Below are positions 1 through 9,053 of a stretch of DNA of 64,000 nt, piece after piece. Position 1 is the first letter of the stretch. The number at the start of each line of letters is the position of its first letter. Under the pieces are notes generated by a model that was not told where the DNA came from, did no database searches, and saw only the letters and a list, made by a program, of their open reading frames with translations. Source of the stretch: a virus; IMG/VR virus record IMGVR_UViG_3300029982_000012. One strand, written 5' to 3'. A program made the translations under genes and the position numbers.

Positions 1-1395
1 ATTAATCGTATAGGTAGAAGATGGAGAAGTATTGCCAGCAGCGATGTCAGCAGTTGCATCTTGAGAAAATAAAGGAACAATAATGTTCACTTGAATTCCA
101 GCAAATTGGGCAATTGCATTCACGATATCAGCAGCGAGAGTCGGTCCGAGCAATCCACCTGAAAGATAAGCAAGAGCAGCAGGATCTGGAAGACCAGCAA
201 CTGCCGTTGAAGTAAAGTTAACCGCAGTAGAGGTTGAGAGAGCGGCTTCGAAAGCAGCAACAGAGTTTTTGATACGACCTGGCTGAACATCTGCGGTAGA
301 AGCGATCCCAAGAGCAGTTACTTGATCTAAAGCAGAAGTAGGATTTGAATTTACTGAAGAATTGTAACTAGCCGAATAACCTGGTTGAGAATTAATGTAG
401 GCCGCAAGTTGACCAATAGTGGTGAATTGATTTAATTCTATAGATAAATTTGCTCCAATTCCACCAGTTACAGTAGTAGTTAATGTAGTAGCATTAATGG
501 TAACAGTTGCAGTTGTTCCTTCATAGCCCATAGAAAGAGCGATTACTGGAGAAATATTAAGAGTCTCATTAAGACCAGTGCTAGAATTAACGATTTGAAC
601 TTCAACCGCTGGTTCATCCGAAGAAGTATAGAGACCTGAAGAAAATCCTAATGCAGCCAAATCACCTGGAGTCGAATCGATTAACTCAAACGATTTTCCG
701 AATCCTTCGCTATAAGCAGCAGCATCGGCTGGAAGACTGATAGAAACAGTATTTGGAGCAGTTCCAGGAGCAGCAACTAAAGTTGTAGCCATTGCTGTGA
801 AAGTAGCATTTAATGAAGTTACCAATGTCGCAACGTTAGTAATTGTTCCTGTAGGAGTAATTACTATGGAAGGACCACCATTTACCCGAACAGTAAAAGT
901 AGCACCAGAAAGACCACTGTATGAAGTGATAGTATTTCCGGTAATGGTTGGAGCAACTTCAGCTTGAAGTGCGGTAGTGGTGTAACTATATTGATTTCCA
1001 CCGGATCCATAGTTTGAAGCAACTAATGTCCCATAAGTAGAAGCAGAATGGGTCAACATGAAAGCAGATGCTTCACGACCTCTATTTGTTTTACAGATAT
1101 AAATTGAAGATGGAGCACCGGTAATATCTGGATCATTGCTTGAAGCACATAAAGCTGCGAAACCATCAACGATTGGACCTGAACCATAAATACTTCTAAC
1201 GGTATTTAAGGCAGAAGGACCAAAAAAGTTATTGGCTAATGTTGTAACGGTATAATCAGGACCCGCACTAGCTTCGCCCATGATGAGGACGACACCTGAG
1301 GTAGCCAAGCCAGATGCATTTGAAATCACCTGAGTGTTGGTATAGGCACCTGGGACATTTGTGTTTAACCACGGAGTAACAATTCTTTGTGACAT
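1..1395 (-). CDS. Contractile tail sheath protein (3' part runs off the window)
   Basis: Not in the ORF track. ATG at 1395 with GGAG upstream; reads MSQRIVTPWLNTNVPGAYTNTQVISNASGLATSGVVLIMGEASAGP..., the PGxY...G(E)A N-terminus typical of sheath proteins; located downstream of head/neck genes. Confidence 0.85.
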   Translation of the reverse strand, partial: MSQRIVTPWLNTNVPGAYTNTQVISNASGLATSGVVLIMGEASAGPDYTVTTLANNFFGPSALNTVRSIYGSGPIVDGFAALCASSNDPDITGAPSSIYICKTNRGREASAFMLTHSASTYGTLVASNYGSGGNQYSYTTTALQAEVAPTITGNTITSYSGLSGATFTVRVNGGPSIVITPTGTITNVATLVTSLNATFTAMATTLVAAPGTAPNTVSISLPADAAAYSEGFGKSFELIDSTPGDLAALGFSSGLYTSSDEPAVEVQIVNSSTGLNETLNISPVIALSMGYEGTTATVTINATTLTTTVTGGIGANLSIELNQFTTIGQLAAYINSQPGYSASYNSSVNSNPTSALDQVTALGIASTADVQPGRIKNSVAAFEAALSTSTAVNFTSTAVAGLPDPAALAYLSGGLLGPTLAADIVNAIAQFAGIQVNIIVPLFSQDATADIAAGNTSPSSTYTIN

Positions 1396-1410
1396 TTTTA
1401 ATATCTCCTA

Positions 1411-1692
1411 TTACTTAATCTTTTTAAGCCCGAAGTGAGCTAAGCCATTAGCAAAACTTTCTGGCGTATCCATATTGATTGCTTTTAAATGTAGCCAAAG
1501 CGCTTTTTCAATAGATTTGGCTTTTTGATATTTGGATTTATTTGCGGCCCAAAAAATACGAAAAGCTTCTCTCTTTTGATCTTCATTTAAAACTTTTGGA
1601 GTTGGCTTATAAAGCGAAGTTCTCCATTGACGGGCTTCTTCTAAGCTCATTTCGTCTGATTTAAATTCTTGTTGTTTCTTTTCCTTAGCCAT
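1411..1692 (-). CDS. Hypothetical protein (93 aa) upstream of sheath
   Basis: ORF tightly packed in the late operon. Confidence 0.7.
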   Translation of the reverse strand: MAKEKKQQEFKSDEMSLEEARQWRTSLYKPTPKVLNEDQKREAFRIFWAANKSKYQKAKSIEKALWLHLKAINMDTPESFANGLAHFGLKKIK

Positions 1693-1696
1693 CTTA

Positions 1697-2371
1697 TTAT
1701 CCTGGTAACTTTGGTTTTGACATTTGATGAATTTGATTCAAAGTAGCTTCATGAATACTTTTAGCGCCTTGTTTTGCTTCTGCCGCACCTTTAGGAGTAG
1801 AAAATTGTGCATTGCGAACCATATTTCCGGCTTCGCTCATTCCGCCACTACGACCGTTATTTCCGGTTTGATTAATACCAGTTTGATTTTGATTGCTTTC
1901 AGTTGTTGCGCGAACATTACCGGTTTTTCCACTCATTTTAGAAGCATCTTCACTGAGTACGCCTTTACGAGCTTCTTCACTTTTATCCATCTCTTTAGAC
2001 TTTTGACCTTTTTTGTGCTCCATGCGTCCCATAAACTTAGCCAGCTTAATGTGACCTCTCATTTGTGGCTCTGCATGTGCTGGATCTGAATTCTTCTCTT
2101 CATGTTCCTGAACATCTTGCTCTACTTTTTCACCAAGGTCCGCATCTGCTTTTGCATCAGGATTTTGCCCTTGTTCATCGGATTTATTCATTTTTGCTTT
2201 AATAGCGCCATCGATTTTGTCGGCACTCTCTTCAGAATAGCCTTCACGTTTCAATTTGGAATGAATTTTAGCCCAATCCCCTTTAGCTAGGCTAGAGGAT
2301 TTATAGAGTTCTTCGGCTTTTTTAAGAACTAAAACAGCCGCCTCTTGTGGAGTAAATTTTTTATCTGACAT
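1697..2371 (-). CDS. Putative internal head protein, hydrophilic, with repeated x-x-K-S motifs
   Basis: LYKSS, LAKGD, MNKSD, MDKSE motifs; N-terminus similar to 3130..3453; SD and CAATCTTA motif upstream. Confidence 0.6.
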   Translation of the reverse strand: MSDKKFTPQEAAVLVLKKAEELYKSSSLAKGDWAKIHSKLKREGYSEESADKIDGAIKAKMNKSDEQGQNPDAKADADLGEKVEQDVQEHEEKNSDPAHAEPQMRGHIKLAKFMGRMEHKKGQKSKEMDKSEEARKGVLSEDASKMSGKTGNVRATTESNQNQTGINQTGNNGRSGGMSEAGNMVRNAQFSTPKGAAEAKQGAKSIHEATLNQIHQMSKPKLPG

Positions 2372-2392
2372 AGTGGGTCTCCATATAATATG

Positions 2393-2400
2393 TAAGATTG
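2393..2400 (-). promoter_or_regulatory. Putative late promoter motif YAATCTTA (representative copy)
   Basis: Also on the minus strand at 3461, 9040, 13433, 14665, 21169, 29555 and on the plus strand at 17865, 18386, 21146; each copy is intergenic and oriented toward the downstream gene. Confidence 0.7.
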
Positions 2401-2406
2401 GTTAAA

Positions 2407-3124
2407 TCAATCTACAATAGTATTCATCTCTATTAACTTATTGTTTTTATTAATCTTTATTTTTTGCATATCCATAATTGTCTTTTTTCTATGATCTTCT
2501 TTCCAAAGAGGCTGCAAATTAGTGTAATGACATAAAGATTCCAGTTCTTCGATAGTTTTGGCCATAGCCAACGGTATTATATGGTCTATATCCCACAAAT
2601 CTCTATTTTCCCATGACATGTTACCCCTAAATAGCGACTGTATATAGCTAAATGCCTCTTCTATGGAACATCCAAGCATTTTAAGGGTTTTTTTGAGATT
2701 TATCTTTCCCCCTAAAAGCTGCTGAAGTTCGAGACCTTAAATTGGATTCAAAATTGAATAATTTATCATTCTTTCTACGATTTTTTATGTACTGACCCTG
2801 ATAGCTAACCCTTTCTTTTTTATGGTATAAGTAATAATCGTTCTGATAATCAATCCTTTGCTCCTTATGGGCTCCATAGTATTTATTGGCGTCTTCTTTT
2901 ATCTTTTGGGCATTTTCTAAACGCCAAGCTTTATGGTATTCTTTTTGTTTTTCTTTATGTAACTCTCTGTATTTCAATATCTTTTTTATATTTTTCTTGT
3001 AACTTTTCTTGCCGCTAATCTTTCTGCAAGGTTTACATCTATCCTGTAATCCGTTAGGACGAGTAGAATTATGGCCAAATTCTTGGTTTTCTTTAATTGA
3101 TTTACACTTATAGCATTTGGTCAT
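2407..3124 (-). pseudogene. HNH homing endonuclease split by a one-base frameshift
   Basis: ORF 2681..3124 (CxxC...CxxC N-terminus, basic helical region) joins ORF 2407..2679 (LGCS...MSWEN...WDIDHIIP...CHYTNLQPLW) if one A is removed from the A7 run at 2688-2694. Confidence 0.8.
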
Positions 3125-3129
3125 ATATA

Positions 3130-3453
3130 TTATTTTTTGTTTTTTGCGTTTTTCAAAAAAAGTTCCAGTTTATCAATTCCATTATTATGATTGGATTCTG
3201 ATTTCCCCATTTTTCCATAAAACACGCTAGGCTTGTCCATCGCACCACCCAATTTCTTGGGTTTGGCCGTCTTTACAACCGCTTGGGATCCAACCTTCAT
3301 TGGACTGGCAGTGTTGCTGTTCGTAGGGCTTACAACCCCAGGAACCGGCGTTAATTGGGTTTGCTTTAAGCCGCCGATAGCAGATTTCACCAATTCTTCT
3401 GCTTTTTGTAGAACGATTACAGCCACTTCTTCTGGAGTGTATTGCTTAGGCAT
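3130..3453 (-). CDS. Putative internal head protein, N-terminal paralog of 1697..2371
   Basis: YTPEEVAVIVLQKAEELVKSA versus FTPQEAAVLVLKKAEELYKSS. Confidence 0.6.
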   Translation of the reverse strand: MPKQYTPEEVAVIVLQKAEELVKSAIGGLKQTQLTPVPGVVSPTNSNTASPMKVGSQAVVKTAKPKKLGGAMDKPSVFYGKMGKSESNHNNGIDKLELFLKNAKNKK

Positions 3454-3469
3454 ATATCGATAAGATTAG

Positions 3470-4504
3470 TTATTCTTCATCCTTGTAAGCTATATCGGCT
3501 AATGTGCTCCAATTAACTGTATTCAAATCTTCAAATGTATCTGTTATATTGCTTATAATTTTAAGTCCACCAATATAACCTTCGCCTTCAGATACAGGAG
3601 TTCCATCTGGTTTGGTAGTAGAGGTGCCACCTTGACCCAAGACAGCAGTTTCAAGTAATCTATGTGGTTGATTGTACCATCTATTTTCCACTTGACCGGT
3701 AATCTCTATATCCCTAGACCATATTACTTGACCTGCGTCAGAATAATCTGGATTGGGATACATTTGACCACTTGAAATAAGACTTTCTGCGTAACCATCT
3801 TTTTCTAACAGTGCTTGGCGGTATCTAAGTAAAGAATAGGTTGTAATTGCATGAAGCCAAAGCAAAGTCTGTTGATCCATAGCATTGCAGGTAATTTTGT
3901 AGTTTTCCTTCATGAAGGTATGACTAATTCTAGTTTCATAGAATTGAAATTCTGAAAGGACGCCATATTTTGCTGCTGTTAGACTCAATCCTTTAAATAA
4001 ATTAATTGAATTATTCAAACCAATACTTTGAATCGAATAGCCAGTTCCTGTAGCAGGATCTACAAGAAGCATGCCAGGACTGATATTAGTAAAATCAATG
4101 GTAGAAGAGAAAGTAAATGCACCAGAAGTCGGATTATACGAGCCAGGAATCGGTTTGATTATATATGGGATTTGTTTATTGATATTATTTGGCATCAGTC
4201 TAACTTTTTCAACACTTAAGTCTCCCATGTGTTTCATGTCAGCTTTTTCATTGCTATTACCAATTTGAATTACTACACAAGGAAATTCCATTTTATCGTC
4301 CCTATTGGACATAAAAGTGTACACCCTATTATTGGCAAACCATTGCTTACATGATTCGATTTGGCTGCCGTAACGTTCACGCAGATATTGATTGGAAAGA
4401 GTGTCTCCTAATATATCGTCTAGAAGCCAAGGATTTTTTTGAATATCCTCAAGGCCTAGTTCGATTGCAGTGCGAATTCTTATATCGCCAAAAAATAAAG
4501 ACAT
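3470..4504 (-). CDS. Virion structural protein, probable tail completion/terminator
   Basis: Position between neck genes and sheath; FPCVVIQ motif resembles tail terminators. Function inferred from synteny. Confidence 0.5.
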   Translation of the reverse strand: MSLFFGDIRIRTAIELGLEDIQKNPWLLDDILGDTLSNQYLRERYGSQIESCKQWFANNRVYTFMSNRDDKMEFPCVVIQIGNSNEKADMKHMGDLSVEKVRLMPNNINKQIPYIIKPIPGSYNPTSGAFTFSSTIDFTNISPGMLLVDPATGTGYSIQSIGLNNSINLFKGLSLTAAKYGVLSEFQFYETRISHTFMKENYKITCNAMDQQTLLWLHAITTYSLLRYRQALLEKDGYAESLISSGQMYPNPDYSDAGQVIWSRDIEITGQVENRWYNQPHRLLETAVLGQGGTSTTKPDGTPVSEGEGYIGGLKIISNITDTFEDLNTVNWSTLADIAYKDEE

Positions 4505-4506
4505 AA

Positions 4507-5307
4507 TTATCTACTTCCGTATTTAGACATCAAAGATGGTAAAATATCTTTTTCCCATCTATCTTCAGCCCATTTCTTCGCTTCTTCGAAGAACTTTTTA
4601 CCTTCTAGCCCTGGATGAATCCATTTACCGTCTTGACCTTCTTTAACGGTTCTAAAGGTTGTTATGCTTCTTTTTACGCTACCATCATCTTTTTTGGTTT
4701 GATAAATGGATAGCCCATGCAACACTGGAGTATTTCCTCTTCCTGGGATCCCACTCTCTATATCAAATGAATGTAATTTACCTATCCTTGGACTTCCTGT
4801 CTTCGGATCTATTTCTAATTTTTTGTAAGGAATATCTCTTTTTCTTAATTCAGATTTTACTTTCTTTATAAGTTCTTGTTGATATTTTAGTTTATCATCA
4901 TTACTACTTAATTCAGATGCTACCTTTCCCTGATCAAAAGCTACGATTCTGTATTTTTTACCATCCTTGCCAGTTTTAATTTCCCCTTTACTCCCAGGTT
5001 TTTTGGTATTCAAAAGACCCTTCTTCATATCGAAATTGTCAGGCAATCCTTTTTCAATCCACTCAGCATCTGCTTTTAAAGTAATCTCCCATAAATAGTC
5101 ATCAATTTTTTCGGCTTGAGATAGATTTTCTAAATAAATTTTACGGCTGGACTTTAATTTATTTTGTGCTTCCTCTACAATATGGGTTTGGGTATCTACT
5201 GCAAGTCCCTTTACTGATTTCTTTAAATCAGACACTACTTCTTTCTTGAAGTTTTCAAGAAATTGGGTAAGTGCCGATATATCTAAGGTGACTTTAAAAT
5301 CAGGCAT
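4507..5307 (-). CDS. Probable neck/head-tail joining protein
   Basis: Basic protein ending FRTV...WIHPG...FFEEA, like HK97 gp10-type neck proteins; synteny. Confidence 0.55.
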   Translation of the reverse strand: MPDFKVTLDISALTQFLENFKKEVVSDLKKSVKGLAVDTQTHIVEEAQNKLKSSRKIYLENLSQAEKIDDYLWEITLKADAEWIEKGLPDNFDMKKGLLNTKKPGSKGEIKTGKDGKKYRIVAFDQGKVASELSSNDDKLKYQQELIKKVKSELRKRDIPYKKLEIDPKTGSPRIGKLHSFDIESGIPGRGNTPVLHGLSIYQTKKDDGSVKRSITTFRTVKEGQDGKWIHPGLEGKKFFEEAKKWAEDRWEKDILPSLMSKYGSR

Positions 5308-5308
5308 A

Positions 5309-5519
5309 TTAACCTTTTATAGGTACTCCATTTGGACCTAAGACTCTACCCTCTTTCATATCGATGAAACGGACTCGACCGTTTTCGTCCGTAATCTTCT
5401 TCTGGCCCTTTCCATTGACGCCACCCTCAGGAATAGGATTTGCGGCAAGATGAGTAGTGGTATGTTTTGCAGATAGTTTGCTAGCAGGAATGGGTCCGGC
5501 TAGCCCTGATTTTTTGGGT
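5309..5519 (-). other. Programmed -1 ribosomal frameshift site and ~67-codon C-terminal extension of 5500..7539
   Basis: GAC CCA AAA AAT CAG GGC TAG, followed by hairpin GCTAGCcGGA-CCCAT-TCCtGCTAGC; the -1 frame is open to TAA at 5311-5309. Confidence 0.75.
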
Positions 5520-7539
5520 CTGGGGCGGCACCCTCCATAGGAGCCGCTTTTTGTTGCATAGGTGCTGGTTTTGGAGGAGACTGTTGTTGAGCAGGCGCAG
5601 TAGGTGCAGGCGCTGAATTAGGAGATGTAGGCGATGGTTCAAGGCCTAGTAATTTACAAAGTTCAATCATTGATTTTAACATTTGAATACAAGAAGTGTA
5701 CAGGCCTTCATTTTGCTCTCTTGTGGCCTCCAACGATTGCTTATTGGCTTTAAATTGTTGAAGAGTTTGCGATACCATATTAACAACTTTTTCTCGTTGT
5801 ATCTGATCTTGATTGTCTTGTAATCCACCTTGCAGAACACCCATCATATCTGGTTGTTCATCACCACCTTGTGAATCGCCCATGACCTGTTCTTCTCCAG
5901 GCATAGGGCTATTAGGATCACTAACTGCTTGTGTATCTTGCTGAAAATCCTGATCTTGGTCTGAAATATTTTGTTTTTGTGCGTCTCCAAAATTCGACTT
6001 CACAGAAACATTGTCTTTCATTGCATCGCCTTGCGGCATCTCAGTATTATCTATTTGTCCGGCTTCCTGAGTAGGATCTGCATTTCCTTGACCAGGTTCT
6101 TGATCTAGTAAATTAAGTACTTCTTCAGCCGTTTCGTGTCCTTGCAAATTAGGGTCTTGTTGGCCATTTTGTGCTGGATCGCTTTCAACTGCATCTCCAT
6201 ACATTTCTTGACACTGAGGGCAATTTTCTGGGTGTTCTGCTCCCATGTCTTGAGCTTCTACATTTGATTGGTCCTGATCATACTCAGCACACCAAGGACA
6301 GTCACATGTGTCCTCGTGTTGTGGATTTGCTTGAGATCCAGTAATATTTTCTGTTTGACAATAAGGACAATCATCAATGTGACCGGTTTCTTGATTAGAC
6401 TGGTTGTATTCTTGACAAGCGGGGCAGTCATCGTGCATACCGGCAGTGCCGTCAGCATTTTCTTGTGCGTCAAGATCTTGACAAAAAGCGCAATCATCTG
6501 TACGGTCATCTTCATTATCGTGATTGTGTTCTTCAGCATCTTCATCGTTTTTATGGATATCGCAAAGCTTGCTTTTGTGTAAGTTACAATATTTTTCGGA
6601 TTTCTTATGATCCAGCATGTGGTTGTCCAAATGACGAGCAGTGGCGCTTATGGCCGATGCCTTTTCATGTAGCCCTTTTGCGTGGTCTTCATGTCTTTTT
6701 TGATTTCCTTGTCTCCACGCCTGTCTTTTTTCTGGATTTGCATTTATTTCTTTGTCCCTAGCCCAATCATCAGAACTTTCATGTCCAGTTTCAATAGGGG
6801 TTGTAGCAGTAGAGTAGGCTCTATGCATATCATGCATTGCCTGGTGCCCTTCTTGATGGGGGGTACCCCTACCTTCATTCCATGCAATTTTTTCATGTTG
6901 TCGTGCTAATCTAGAATGAGTAGGAGAATCCAGCCCCATCATTCCTTCATGGGTAAGTTTGGGCTTGCTATCCCCTAATTTAGGCCCTCTAGGTTTTTTG
7001 GTAGCAGTTTTCTTGTCCACCAATTGAGCATCCGCTTTATGTAAATTACATAGTCCCATAAGTTCACTCTTTTCCAGATAGGCCTCAGCAAGTTTATATT
7101 CCTCTTGTGTTGCCCTTTTTTCTCTGACTCTTCTTTTGGCTTTTTTAATATCTTCTTTGATATATTTATTGAAATAAACAATTCTATTTTTGCCACGAAG
7201 TTTCGCAACCAATAGGGCGGTGCCAGCCTCTGAAAGATTTTTCCCTACTCCAGCAGAAATAGTGTACCCAAATGATTTTTCGACACCGCTTCTTAATTCT
7301 TTTATTTTCTTTCTAGACTCTGGAGGAATAGCCATTGTAGCTTCATCTCCACCACCAGAAATTTTTGCTCCGTCATTTTGCTTGCACCAATGATCAATAT
7401 ATGCTTGGGCCGCATCAATACGGCCAGAAACTTTATGTAGTTCTTCAACATCGTTAGCAATTACGGCCCGACCTACTAGTTTTCCAATGCCATCACCATC
7501 GACAGCTATGTATAGCATCCCTGGCTTAATCTTTTCCAT
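5500..7539 (-). CDS. Multi-segment head-module protein: N-terminal mCpol/GGDEF-like nucleotide cyclase domain, His-rich segment, CxxC repeats, acidic Q/D-rich region
   Basis: aa 8-123: YIAVDGDGIG...ISGGGDE...TISAGVG...ALLVAKLRGKNRIV, the palm-domain pattern of mCpol/Cas10/GGDEF cyclases; followed by LEKSE. Confidence 0.75.
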   Translation of the reverse strand: MEKIKPGMLYIAVDGDGIGKLVGRAVIANDVEELHKVSGRIDAAQAYIDHWCKQNDGAKISGGGDEATMAIPPESRKKIKELRSGVEKSFGYTISAGVGKNLSEAGTALLVAKLRGKNRIVYFNKYIKEDIKKAKRRVREKRATQEEYKLAEAYLEKSELMGLCNLHKADAQLVDKKTATKKPRGPKLGDSKPKLTHEGMMGLDSPTHSRLARQHEKIAWNEGRGTPHQEGHQAMHDMHRAYSTATTPIETGHESSDDWARDKEINANPEKRQAWRQGNQKRHEDHAKGLHEKASAISATARHLDNHMLDHKKSEKYCNLHKSKLCDIHKNDEDAEEHNHDNEDDRTDDCAFCQDLDAQENADGTAGMHDDCPACQEYNQSNQETGHIDDCPYCQTENITGSQANPQHEDTCDCPWCAEYDQDQSNVEAQDMGAEHPENCPQCQEMYGDAVESDPAQNGQQDPNLQGHETAEEVLNLLDQEPGQGNADPTQEAGQIDNTEMPQGDAMKDNVSVKSNFGDAQKQNISDQDQDFQQDTQAVSDPNSPMPGEEQVMGDSQGGDEQPDMMGVLQGGLQDNQDQIQREKVVNMVSQTLQQFKANKQSLEATREQNEGLYTSCIQMLKSMIELCKLLGLEPSPTSPNSAPAPTAPAQQQSPPKPAPMQQKAAPMEGAAPDPKNQG

Positions 7540-8572
7540 TTGTTTTCCTCAAAGTGTCCAGGAGCATTTGAATATTTTCTTTATCCCAACCACGAGAAAA
7601 TCTTATCTGAATACTTTCTTCTGATTTCTTAATCCAAATTTTGCTATACTGATCTTGGCCATAGCACAAACAACAAGAAAAAGACCCTTGGCCAAAAATG
7701 GTTTGTCCGCAATCAGGGCAGTTGATAGTTTCGGATTTAGCAATTTCAATTCTATGTTCTTTTGGTTTTTTCTTTCGTTCCAAAAATGCTTTTAATGGAG
7801 AACCTTTTTCGGGAGACTCTTCTTTTTTGGCCATATCTTCTGCCTTAAAATCCAATTTTTTTTTAGGTGCTTCTGCAAAATTGGGCTCTTTATTATTTGC
7901 AATTGAATCGGCAACTTCCATGCCATTAGCCATTCCCTGGAAATACTCACCCGACTGCGCAGATTGATGGGCAATTTTTGTTACATCCGAAATCTGTTCA
8001 TTTTTCTTATGTTCTTTGGCTAAAGCTTCATTGAGCCTATCCATCATAAGTTTATTAAGAGCGTCTCTTTCAGAAATTTTATTCTCAACTACGCGACTAA
8101 CCAAAGAATGAAGTTCCATTCTTGCATCGATCAATTTTTGTATTTTGGCTTCAGCATGTTCCGTTGGCTCAATAGTCTCTTTTTCTAATTTTTCTAATTC
8201 GTAAAGTTCGAATGTAGATAGTAGGATGATACCAAGTCCAGGAATTGATCTATTTTGAAAACTGTAAACTAATTTATTGTTGTCATAGACAGATCCCGTA
8301 TAGTCATCGGCAGCATTCTTGTTTGCACTAACACGAGCGTTTTTGCCAAATGGAAGTTGAAGTTCTATACTGGTATTGAGTGGCATCGGTGTCAAAGCGC
8401 TAATGAGCAATGACATGACAAATCTTGGAACCACCTTCAACCCAATACGAATCTCTTCAGGGTCCAATACAGAATTGGATCCGATCTTGTATAGATCTGC
8501 AGATTTAGCTAAAGATTGTAGAAAATCTTCATCTAAAATCTTATTAAGAGATAGGTTGTGTATTGTTTGCAT
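7526..8572 (-). CDS. Hypothetical head-module protein with C-terminal Zn finger
   Basis: CPDC...CCLC; LAKSA, IAKSE, IKKSE motifs. Confidence 0.65.
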   Translation of the reverse strand: MQTIHNLSLNKILDEDFLQSLAKSADLYKIGSNSVLDPEEIRIGLKVVPRFVMSLLISALTPMPLNTSIELQLPFGKNARVSANKNAADDYTGSVYDNNKLVYSFQNRSIPGLGIILLSTFELYELEKLEKETIEPTEHAEAKIQKLIDARMELHSLVSRVVENKISERDALNKLMMDRLNEALAKEHKKNEQISDVTKIAHQSAQSGEYFQGMANGMEVADSIANNKEPNFAEAPKKKLDFKAEDMAKKEESPEKGSPLKAFLERKKKPKEHRIEIAKSETINCPDCGQTIFGQGSFSCCLCYGQDQYSKIWIKKSEESIQIRFSRGWDKENIQMLLDTLRKTNGKD

Positions 8573-9011
8573 TTTGTTGTGCGTATGGTCCTGTTTCTTG
8601 TGCGATCCTAGTAGGGTCTTCCATTATGTAAACTAAAAGGGTATTGGCGCTAGTATACACATACTGATTGTTCCCCGCAGATAAATAGGTCCATGCATTT
8701 GGAGGGCATGCTACTCCAACATTACCATTTGCATCTGTTGCACCGGCTGCTAAGGCGGTGATTGTAGAACTCCCAATAGTAACTGACCCCAAAGTACCGT
8801 TATTGTAAATTGCAAGATTTGCGCCAAGAAATGGAAGTGCCACTTTTGCAGAAGCATCAGTTGTATACCCACCAGCGATTTGGATTGGCAGAAGTCTAGG
8901 TCCAACCGTAAGCGATTTTTGTCCACCAGACGATGGATTGTATTCAACAACCTTAATTTGGTCTGGATCCTGTAAAGAATTGTTGTCTATTACCCGGTTA
9001 TTTTTTGCCAT
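8544..9011 (-). CDS. Putative virion structural protein
   Basis: Small-residue, beta-rich composition; GAGG SD and CAATCTTA upstream. Confidence 0.6.
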   Translation of the reverse strand: MAKNNRVIDNNSLQDPDQIKVVEYNPSSGGQKSLTVGPRLLPIQIAGGYTTDASAKVALPFLGANLAIYNNGTLGSVTIGSSTITALAAGATDANGNVGVACPPNAWTYLSAGNNQYVYTSANTLLVYIMEDPTRIAQETGPYAQQNANNTQPIS

Positions 9012-9053
9012 AAAAGTCCTCTATTGCTATATATCACTATAAGATTGCTAAGT

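Noticed and set aside
5420-5502. TAG readthrough or alternative genetic code
   Set aside because: The 0-frame continuation is less protein-like and stops at TGA before the gap ends, whereas the -1 frame fits the gap exactly; other genes end normally at TAG and are intact in code 11.
5500-7539. Cas10/type III CRISPR system suggested by the GGGDE palm motif
   Set aside because: No HD domain, RAMP/cas genes or repeat-spacer array in the window; the domain is only about 120 aa.
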